NCBI GenBank assembly: GCA_965637545.1
Contig: OZ281498.1
Span: forward strand, 20,956,001-21,020,000
Direction: 5' to 3'
Source of the DNA: Phallusia mammillata
Lineage: Eukaryota
Length of the DNA: 64,000 nucleotides
This document shows positions 1 to 11,700 of this stretch, piece after piece. The notes under the pieces are model-generated. The model was not told the origin of the DNA and did not search any database. It worked only from the letters and a program-made list of their open reading frames with translations. A program made the position numbers and the translations under genes. Numbering within the stretch: position 1 is the first letter of the stretch; each line of letters starts with the position of its first letter.

Positions 1-3000
1 TTTAACTTACGAGTCTATTACCTTTCGACAGACGCAACGACCAACAGCTATTAAATGTTTATGTTTTGTTAACTGGGTTATAATGGTTTGTCTTAAAACA
101 GAGATTGTAAAGTTGTGTAAGCGGCGCGCTAAAATAAAACCACTTTTTAATGTTTTGCCTTCAGGCTCTATAATAACGTTCTGTTTGTTTTATACTTACC
201 TCAGATAGTTGCTCAAAGTTTAAACCAGTTTGCAGATCAAATCAAAACATTACTTAATATAAACCAAATTGGTAGGTATTATCTTTCACTAGCAGATCGT
301 AAAAAAAGCTTCATTAGGTGAAGCAGAGTTGTAAACTGACCCGAACCCGAACCCGAATTGTTTTTGAGAAGCACGTTTAGACACGAATGTTTGATTGCCA
401 GGCCTGTAAAAAACACATGATACATTACATTTCGATACATCAGGAAAGACCAAGACAACAAACACAATAGACAATTGGTCTTGAACAAAACGTTTTAGGA
501 CTGTTTCACATAGGTCAGGTCCAGCAACTGGCTACGAAAAATATTGGGTCCGTTTAAAAGTGAATTAGGAAGACAATATTTAAATAACTTAGTACTGAAG
601 ACTTAATTGCATCTTATGTATTTTCTCTAAATAGCCGCAAGTGGTACATTGATAAATTTGATTTTGGGCGACGTATAGCGAATCGCATTACGCAGGAAAC
701 TTGAAACCAAAATTGTAGCAGCTTATCCCAAATTATACTTAATCTGCATAAACCGCAGCAAGCCCACTGATTCAGGTTCACTTTAATAGTATTTTTAGTA
801 ACACTAGAAAAGCACCTGTTGTACTGATTTACTACAGTTTCACACCATGGGCGTAAATAAGTTTTCTTTATCCGTGGGGTCAATAAATTACAGGGTTTTA
901 ATAATGCGTTACAACTTTTTTCGACGTTTATTTAAATATGCAACCAAAAGCAACTAAACTAAGATCAATATTTCAATTTTACAGCTTATTTTGAGGGTGT
1001 GCACAACTTTATATCCAGTGGTGCCAAGCGATTAAATAGTACCTTACGAAGATTGCAATAGGTACCCTTTGTACCGAACAACATTTCGTAACGATTTGAT
1101 ATGACTTTGCAAAAACAAACAAGATAATGAGACAATTAATTCTGAAGGTGCGTCTAAAATTCCCCGTATTTGTTTCAATAACGCCAAAATATCTTTGCCT
1201 CAACATCTGTGTGAAAACTACCATGATTTCCAAGTCTTCAATAACCAGCAATTAACGCCCTGAAGATAGTAACCATTAATTACAAAGCTATTAACAGCAG
1301 GATAACTTTGAAACGGAATTCCAATCGCAACATCAATTTGCCAATGCTGCGCAGGGCAGACCAGCTAATAACAGTTGTTGGTGCCAAAATTGGATGACAT
1401 AAAATGCTTTGATGTGAGGTTCGATCATTCTAGAACATCAAAATGCTAAAGAGGTGTTCGCGATTTCGAAGTATTCTTGAAATGTCGCCTCTTTGTGATG
1501 TCACAAATGCACGATTTTTTCTCTGAATCTCTAAAAACTGACACGATTTTTGTTTGTCCTGGTACCAGCATTGGCACGCAAAGTCGGCACCCTTGTTTAA
1601 AAAGAATCAAAATAAATTGTCATCTCATTAAGGTAACCTTTGTGGAAAACGAATACTGTGGCGTGATCAACTAATGCCATAACCTTTGTTAGCTGTTACT
1701 GAGTCTGTAAATTTTCGAAATAAAAATAATTTAAACCTTTTTAGGGTTTAGTGGTAAATTTGACGTCATCTTTGTTTCCTGGCGTATCAATTCATTCAAA
1801 AATAGTCTACAAATAAGGGTTTTTCGGAAAAGTGATGTAAGTTATATTAAATACAACTAATTTCTGAAATAAATGTAATAATGTATTTTATATTCTCAAA
1901 TTCGCTGACGAATATGGTTTTCATTTAAGTATGTATGCTGGTTTCTACGGTTTTTCAAAAAAATCTCCCTTGATTGTTTTAAACTACTTGTACGAATGTT
2001 TAAAGGATGGACGGTAAAACCTAAATTTAACCGCACTGACGTATTTTGTTGTATCTACGTGTCATCTGACAGCTCGGAGCCACTTGGCCAAAACTTAATG
2101 AAACTCTTTGCATACGCCCAAAAATCCACGTTACCAGGCTATCATAACAAATGCATGAACAATATTAAGCAAGTCGTCATAATGTCAGATCAAGGTCAAG
2201 GTTTTGAAACTAATTGCTTCCACGGGTGTCAAAAGACACGTCAAATTCTGATCGAGCACTTTTGGGGCGTTGTCAAGGTAAAATCCACGTGACTTGGGCA
2301 ATTAAACCCATATTGTTTAGGTTTTGGAGAAATGTGTGAAATGGTTTAAGCGGTATTAGGCCCACCTCAAATATGTTTTAAATAGGCTTGGAATTTGTTT
2401 GCAAAATGTGCGTTTCTGTAACTAAGACACAAAGGTAACCAAAAGGAAGTTACTATGTTCTGATAATTGATTTGTATGAAACCGCCTTAAAACGTATTAC
2501 AGTTAATTTGCGATTTTAAAATTTGTGAACCAATAAATTTGGCAGTTTTTATGGAGTGATGAAATATTTTTAATTAATTTTAATTGGAATTCACTAGTTA
2601 AGATCATGTGCGTAACGTCCGTTATTTTTCAAGCAAAGCAGGAAATGCATGCCAATAACTTTCCAATAAGATTGTTATGTTACACGTTTTGTTTTAATCG
2701 TGGGAGACGCTAATGCGTAAATTACATGAATGTCAACAAACTAAATTACAAATTCCAAAAACTAACAAACTATTTGACGTTTCTTTGGGTAAATAATAAA
2801 GTTATATCGTCGGCTTTACTTAATTGTCTCGTTTAGTTTTTCACTAGAAGTCATAAAAATCTACATAGCGCAACCAAATAAACACAAATTAAAAACTTTT
2901 AAGATTTTAGATTTAAGACCGAGATTTAAGACCTAAGACAACAGGTCACAACCCAACGATTATGGCTCTGTAGAATTTGATGGGTAGCATTTCAGGAGAA

Positions 3001-5712
3001 TACACTTAACGAAATACCACAGGGATTGCTGTAAGATTAGTTGGTATAATGCTTTCGAGGGAATATGCATGTCGCCTATTAGCATCTTAAGTTTCGTTAT
3101 AAGCGATGCATACATTCCTCCCTTGTTGCCCTAGTATGCTATTCGCTAAAAAGTAAAGTTTATTCTAAACTACGGACTATATAAAACAGGTTGGGTCTTA
3201 AATAAAACGAAGTTACACCACAAAGATGAACGTACACATTTTTTGAGTAATTAATAAAAATTAAAAGTCGAATTTTGCAAACTTGCTTGTATAACTGCTT
3301 AAAGAAAACGTTTAAACTTTTTGAAAACTGGTCCATACTTCTGTTTAAAACCAGATTTTTTGTTTTTGGATAAAGTACTTCATTTGAAAAAGTCAAAATA
3401 GTTGTCAAAACCGTATGTTTACAAATATATAGACTGTCAGAAGTTTCTTTTTAGAAGTTTAAAGAAGTTAAATAAATATTTAGCTGAATACTTCACCAAT
3501 CATTGTTCTGGAAACAGCTGAAACTGTTGCAGTAATTGTTCGTTGAACGATTTTCGAAGAAAGACAAGAACTGGTACTAACCAAGTTGGACATAACGTAA
3601 CATTAGGATAAAAATACTCAAAATTAACCATGATCCGTTATCAAGACGTCACATAGTAAATCTCAGAAAGAGTTTAAATCTAATCGAAACGTTATCATCT
3701 CGGAAATCAAGTTAGCATTAACTTATGATGTCACTAAACTGCTTGTTTTAAATAAATATGTAGTTATGACGTCATGTTTTTTGACGAAAAATTTTGTGAG
3801 CGCACTTATGCCCTGAAACAACGGGTCGTACAGTGACGTCACCATGTTTCAAACTTTAGTGTGTAACTGTTGCATAAATACTGTAATAAAGTGGTAAAAG
3901 TTAAAGCAAATACCTAATGTAGGTGTGCAGAAAAACTTCAGAAGTGTCATACAAAGCCAATTAATTCCCAAGAACGTAACTCGAATAACTTGATATAACC
4001 ACATTGCCCAATTGCAGATAGACAATTAATTTGCACATAGGTTAAAAGTACAGTTGATGTCAATTCGACTTCGAATAATGACATACCTTTTTATTTTTGT
4101 ATTTTATTTACTTTGTTGTTACCAATTTTTTATTTAAAGTTTATGATTTACTGGGTGGTTACAAATTTGGGCGAAAACGTGTCTTTTACGAAATATAAAT
4201 TTAATTCGGTAATTTTGACTGTAAATGCTTTATATCGAAGTGCTGTCAGATTTTGACAGACTAAGCGTTTTTTCGAAACAAAAAAGCCTTAACAAAGCAA
4301 TACGGGCGCTCACATACCAAAATGCCAAAACATGCGACAGCATCGTTACAGAAAATAGTCTGACTTCTGAGAAGACCGGACGGGGTCACAAAAGGCCAGA
4401 GCAGGTACAAAATATAGAATATATCCTGGATTGTAGGATGGGCTCAGTCAATGGATATGTAATGCAATCACGAATTGGGTTTACCGTGAAACGTTGTGAA
4501 CATAAAAATCCCCACTATGTAGACAATTTACAAACACCGTGCATGAATATGGAAATAGTTCCGGTAACAATACACGTTTTGGCGAAACTTATTTAAATTG
4601 GTCGTGAAAAAAATGGCTTGCTTGGAAGGATAAGCATTTCGCGTTAAAAAGTGGGTTTCTTAAAATGCGCAAAAAGCTTTTGTGTTAATACGTTATGCGT
4701 TATCGTCATGGCCAACACTATTTTTTTATTAGAATGAATAAAATACTACAGTCGAAAAAATGACTTTAAAAAATCTTCTTTAAAGTGACAAAGAACGTTT
4801 TTTTTTAAAGGATACTATCAATTGACACTAGACGAAGACTTTTGAAAGTTAATGGATAAAAAAATGCCAAAGAGACTAAATGTAGGTTGACTCGTTCCAG
4901 GCAAATAATATTAGTTGTATTTGTTTTTTTACATTGTGTTTTTTTACAATCTAATAAAAAAAACAACGATTGTTAAAACGTTTGCAAAGAATTTCTTTAT
5001 TATAATACATCTTTCTGGCAGTTTTGTTTTTAATCAATGTAACAGTTTTCACAGTAGGTGGTTGAATTAGTCAGCATATCGATCCGAAAATCAAGACGCC
5101 AATTAAATATCATCCAAACCCTGTGAATGCAAATAGGACACAGAAATAAAACGTTCAAACTAACACGTTCAGCTCGCAAACCAAGACTTCGTGTTGGGCT
5201 GTCTGTTTGCCGCAGGTAGCACACCACGTGACACCATCACGATTGTGACGTCATTATAGGGAGGAAAGAAGTGTCAGGCAAGAAAGAGACGATGGGTCGC
5301 TGCTACCTAGAGCATAATTGCAACGGCCTTTCGCAGTGCGGTTGTGTTTTGAATTCGTTATCAAATAGTTTTAATGTGGGACTATGGGATAACGGTTTAA
5401 ACTGCCACCTTCCGTTGAGAATTTGCGTGCAGCGTAGATGTATAGCGGTAACTATGTTTTATTTCAATAAAAAGACTCATTGCATCAGAGAGTAGACGTA
5501 TATCAGTTAGAATATAAATATTTTGGTTATAAACTTGAACGAAAAGTTAAACAAGTGCTAATTCTTAACTTTAGGGTAAGCGAAGTATGTTTAACTCAAT
5601 TAAAAGTTACTCAAAACTCAAAGCTTTTTTAACGAAGTAGTTTCTAAAAAAATATTTTACTGTACAGTTGAAGGGTTAGAGAAGTGAATTAGTAACCCGT
5701 ATATAGTTAACC

Positions 5713-8700
5713 ATGAGGTCATCATTCGTTGCTACCTGCTGCCTGTTGCTATGCGCTGTGACATCATCAACAGCGCAGTTCGATCTGAATTTCAACATCG
5801 ACGATATGCTTGTTAAGGATTACCTCTTTTGGCGCGCCATTTTCTCAATCACGCAAAACACAGGTGAGTGTGTGTGACGTCACTATGGCGTTCAGTGACA
5901 TCATAGACTATGTGTTAAATAGAATGATGCAACACAAGGTATCCTTTGAAAAATCAAGGTGTACGGATATTTAAACGCGAAAAATTTGGGTCACAGAAAT
6001 GAACTACAGGTATTTCCGAAATAAACAGGAAGAATTTGGCGACCACGTGATTTTACACACCGTTAACAACTTGGGTAACCCGTTCCAAGCACGCCGCCGA
6101 CATGACATAGTGTTTTGCCTTGGGGCGGCCAAACCGCGGTAGTGACCCGTATCACAAGCTTTGTCGAAACCGAAGACAGCTATAAACGGTGGGGAATCCC
6201 CACTTGCAAGGCCTCTCATGTTACACGTCCAGGCGAATCTTTAGAGGTGGCGGATTAACATTTTTCAGTGTTTTGCTATTTTGTTTGTTTGGGTGATTTA
6301 AGTAGCCAACTGAAGTACCGATTGACTTTACATGCTTTTAAAGCAAACTACCTGATTATACCACTCTTAAAGAAGCGAACAACTTAGATGCGTTTAGGAA
6401 ATTGCTAGATTTCTAATTGCCCCATAAAGACTGTAAAATTAGTTTTATACAAACAACGCTTATGACTTATGTGACGCTTTTATATTTACGACCTTGTATC
6501 GGAATTAAAACGCAAGTCTACCCAATTCTTGTTTACCATAGCTAAAAGTTGCAAGCCTCGCCAAAACAGTGTAGCATGTTATTTTCGTCCATAATTTTTA
6601 AGTGTTTTCTATACAGAAATATCTCTTCAAAAACTTTTGAACAAGTTAATAGCAAGTACTTTTAAATGCCTCTCTCATTTCCGAACTATACGAGAGAAAA
6701 AAGAAAAAGGCCACGAACATAATACACACAAAGTAGGCTATGGCAACATCTTTATTCCTTACAGGGTTTTTTAAGGTTTGGTTTGGGTGACCGCTAAGTA
6801 GTTTTAAGAGACCGCAAGTGTTTCATTTAAATACCAAAAAATAGCCATATTTGCCAAATTTTGGTTTTTTTGGGGGGATTTTGGAATTTTGGGAAACCGC
6901 TGGAGAAATTTAGGGGACCGTTTCGGTCCCCTAAAACACCTTAAAAAAAAACACTGATTCCTTATTTCCTTTTCATTAGTATATGTTTGATGGTAATTGC
7001 TATTTCAGAAAACGTGGATGTGTATATCACTGTTGTGTAACAATGGCCGTTACAATTCTCCACAGGTGGCCATTATGACGACTTAAAAGGTCAACGGGGC
7101 TAATCACCGGGTTTTTTGTTTCTGTTCTTATCTTTGCAGCGGCCTTCGGCGCGTAAAGTGGTTATGGAGTCACAACAATGGTTTAAAATAGATTTATTCC
7201 GAGATTGCTGCCATGGAAAGGGTATCAATGCTAAATCACTGCAAGCAACCGACAAAAAACAGTTTTCCTACACAAATATTTGTTTAAAGTTGAATAAACA
7301 GAACGCTTTAAGCGGTCATATGCGGAATCTGATCTTATTCTGTATCAGTTTAGTAAGATTCGCAGTTTTTGCAACGATGTTTTTGGAAGATACGCTTTAA
7401 GCGGTTGTATGCAAATCTGACTTTCCATTTATGTGTTTTTTGTCTTTAATTGAAGTGGGTTTAAAGTGGTTCGATTCTGTTTCAACTTTTTGTTTGTTTT
7501 TTCATAGGAAGAAGGCCAGTAGTTCCACAAGTAACGACCAATCCAAGACCAGTGTCCACTTGCAACCCAGCCTGTGGTGCCAACGCAGACTGCTACCAAA
7601 CTACGTCAACCCCTCCCGCTTACGTATGTCAGTGCAAGGGTGGTTACGTAGGAGATGGTTACACTTGTCGAGGTGAGTATCGCGATAATCGGGAAAATCA
7701 AATAACTTAATCGCAATAGTTTTTTTAATTTTTTTTTTCGTTTGGAGATTTTTTTACTGAGTGTGTTTTTTGTTTGTATTTTCAGTTGCTGTAGCGCCAA
7801 CCCCTGACCCACTTCTGATTTGCCAACGTTGCGCAGCAAATGCTGACTGTTACAGACTGGATAGCGGAGTGTACGGATGCCGATGTAAAGGTGGATACGT
7901 TGGAGACGGACTGCTGTGCATAGGTATACAAAACAATCCTAATAAACAGTGAAAAAATAACGTGCGTATTTTTTTGGTTATTTGGTACATAAACACTTTT
8001 GTAGCTTTTGGATTTTACCATGTGGTTATTTCATCAAAAAGTCGCCATTATAGTTTAGTGTATTTTTTATGTCATTGGGTAATCTTTAAAAAAAATTAAA
8101 AATTCAATTTTATCAACAATTCAATTTTAATCGATGGAGAACAAAGTCACCATATTAGTGTCATGATGAGTAATGAGCTGATGAAATATTTTTGATTCAT
8201 TGAATTTTATATTTTTTATATAAAAAGGACGGTGGGCAAAAAATATTTGATTTAAAGTTTGCCCATCCCTGGCCTGAAATAGGCTAAAATTATAGTTTAT
8301 AAGCCCTTCGCCAATTGTTTTCTCGAAAAACAAAAAGTAAATGATTTTTTACATTGATATTTTGTTTTCAGCAACCCCTAGACCTACTACTTGCTCGCCC
8401 TCTTGCAGCAGAAATGCTGTTTGCAATCGCAACTTTGACGACACCTATAGTTGTACGTGCAACGCGGGATTTGTTGGAAATGGTGTAGTGTGCACAGGTA
8501 AGACATTCGATTAATTCGTTGTGTGTAAATAAACACTATAATTATTCAATTTTAAAATATTATGTACTAAAATATTTTGCAATTTTCCCCAAACAATCAT
8601 CCAAGTACTGTATAGTATTTGCGTACTAACTGTGTTCAAACATTTCGATTGCTATAGAACAGTGGTTCCCAACCTTTATCAACGAATTCCTTTCTTACTA

Positions 8701-11700
8701 TCTAAAACATGTTATTCCTCCCCAATAAACTATATAGTGTACGCTAAACCACACAAAGATCATTTAAAATTGGGTATTTTTTTAACTTCACAAATTATAC
8801 TCTCAGATCTGAAGCGTCTATTTACAAACCTCAATTACAAACTAGAGTAAATTCTTTCCCTCAAGTTTTATAATTCCTTCCTTGGAAGAAATTCCTCCCC
8901 AGGTGGAAACCACTGCTTTAAAACCTTGTTAAATCAAACACATATGCGCATGGAAAGCCATCGTTGCTTGTGACAGTTACATTTATTACATTTGTTGCAG
9001 GTCGTGTTGAAGAACCAGTTACTCCAGCAAACCCTTGCGGGTCACCATGCCAAGAAAACGCCATCTGTGTTGCTGATTTCAATAATGTTTTTAGCTGTCG
9101 CTGCGCGTTCGGCTTTGAGCCAGACGGAGGCTTTTGCAAAGGTACGAAAACCAAAAGGGTAGTGTTACTTGTATCTTTGTGTTTATCTTTAACCTTACCC
9201 TTGTCCTAAACGTTTCGTAGTAAATCGCACGAGTTTAGCCAGAGTGAGGTATAGTTAGTTTTTCAAGTGCCATATCACGAAAAGCAAAAGACTTAAAACA
9301 CAAAAGCTTGTTATCAATCTTAGGTCGTGTCCCCCTAAAAATAGCCCCTTAAGTCCTAAGGGGTACGGGCTCTTAAGGCTTAAGAGCTATTTTAGCTTTC
9401 ATCTTTAGTGATTTTCTGGGGTTTAGTTTTTTTTTGGCGCTCCTAACACACTTCAAAAACTACCATTTGGCCCTGACAATAAAAAAAGTTGAGAACCACT
9501 GGTGTAGCCTTCAAAGAGATTAAACTAGAAGGAATACAGAAAAATGTCAAAAACACATCAGAAAATGACTTCCCAACAGCCGACAAATTATTAGGTTCAT
9601 ATTTATCGTTGGCATTGGTGGGAAAAATTTACCTCAGTTAAATCTAACAAATAATAAACATAAACGCTTTTTCAGCAATCGTTGTGAACCTTCCCTTAGT
9701 ACCAACCACTTGCACGCGGCCTTGTAGCGCAAACGCGGCGTGCATTCGAAACTTTGACGGCAGCTACAGATGTTCATGCAACCCAGGATTTACAGGAAAC
9801 GGTCTAATTTGCACAAGTAAGTTCATATCATATGCAACACATTTTTTCATTGACCTAATATTACATAATCACCGAAAATTAAATGAAAAATTCTTTTGAT
9901 AAAAGGCCAAGGAACAAAAATAACTATAGAGTGGAAACGGCGGACAGTAATTTTTTTCTGTGAAAAATCAAGCAAAGTGTCAATAGTGACCTCATGCCTT
10001 ATTAACGACAATTTTAAAAATGAAACCTGAACAGAACGCAAAACGTGTTCAGTCCGACACTAAAGTCGAGTCGGTATTTAAAAGTGGGTATTTCACACGA
10101 ATCAGTTTAAGACATTAAAAAAGCCAATTTCAGTTAACTTAGCACCAGATATGTTATGTTAAAAAATAGTTGGTTTCAATGTCAAATATAACAAAATTTA
10201 CTAGGTCCTGGACTCCCGTCGTGGGTTCGAGTCCTAGCGCAGGCTAGACTTTTCCTTGTCATATGGGAATGCTTGATGGCCGGCTGATTCGGTATGACGC
10301 CTTTAATGGGCCTGGCTTACTGTGAATAATAAATGGGTAACCTATTCCGTGACCGCTAGTCTGCATGAACGCTTTAGGGCAGATCCCAGTACGTGTGCAT
10401 GTTAACTTTAGCATATTTTACTAGGCATATATTTATTGTCACATTAAAACAAACTGTTCTAACCATGCATGTGATGTCTAAGACAAGTGTTTATTTTTTT
10501 TAGGAATTATCGTGAATCCCCCAGTCCAGCCTACCACTTGCTCAATACCTTGTGGTGCAAACGCGGAGTGCAAGCTAAACGAGGCTGGAGTCTATACTTG
10601 CGAGTGCAATACAGGATACACAGGGAACGGATTTGTATGCTCAAGTAAGTTTGTACTATTTGTAACAGTTTGGTAACCATAAATGTCTTGAATGAGTAAA
10701 TGTTGCGACATTTTAGTTTTTTAACCTTGTGCCTTATGCGTTGCTGCCAAAAGGTAAAGAAACAAATTAAGCTTATATATTAAGTCTAAAACAGTGTTAC
10801 ATGTCTTCCATGTTAAGTTCTACTACACATTTATGGGCAAGCCTTTAGAGATTTTAGTTTGCGAAAAAAAGGACGATACACAAATCAATTCAAGCTTTAA
10901 AACGACGAACCTAGTCAGTAATACGAGTTAAGTCAAATTTTTTACGATGAAGCTAGAGTTACCACCGATTGAAGTCAAACCTATAAAATTAAGACATATG
11001 TTTATGGAACCAATTATTTTTCAAAGTGCAAATAATCTCCACCAAAGATTATTGTCAAATAAAATATTCTTAGTTTTCGTTTTTTGAGTATTTGAATTCA
11101 ATATTTCAGCGATTCCCGTCCAACCTACCACTTGCTCGACCCCATGTGGCGCAAACGCGGTGTGCAATCGAAACACTGACGGAACCTATAGTTGTGCGTG
11201 CCAATCAGGATTCGTTGGAAATGGTTTTGTGTGCACAGGTAAACATTTTCATTTTTTTCCAACGTGACTTTTCCTTTAAAGTATGACGTCAGCAAAAGTC
11301 CTTGCATTTAACCATTTTTTAATCCCTTATCTCCTAGTCAAAATAAGAAATCCTAGGTTATAGTTCTGCTTAGTACTTTTGTCGATAGGTGTAAAGAATA
11401 TTCTTATTTATATGCCGTTTCATAAGTCGTCCTTATTTAGCACAAAAAAAAGATAAATTCAAAAATATCTGAGACTTTAAGTTTATACAGCAGGTTACAA
11501 TCCACTGACCATTTCTACAAAACTTTAAAGCGCAACAATTTAAACTTTAACAACTTTGCTTTTGCAGAGAGTACACCAGTGTGCACAACGACTTGTGCTC
11601 CCACCGCAAGATGTGTGTTTTCGCCGAGTGGAGCCCCTGTTTGCGAGTGCATGGATATGTACTACGGAGATGGAGAGTTTTGTGTCGGTGGGTACAATAA

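Noticed and set aside
640-1402. Short plus-strand exon-like stretches near the window start (e.g. 1301-1402 DNFETEFQ...WMT*)
   Set aside because: I could not chain them with consistent splice sites or recognise a protein family.
1990-2450. Segment with AAAACTTAATGAAACT and AAGGTCAAGG motifs reminiscent of Helentron-associated repeats
   Set aside because: No termini, hairpin or second copy could be identified, so it is too degenerate to call.
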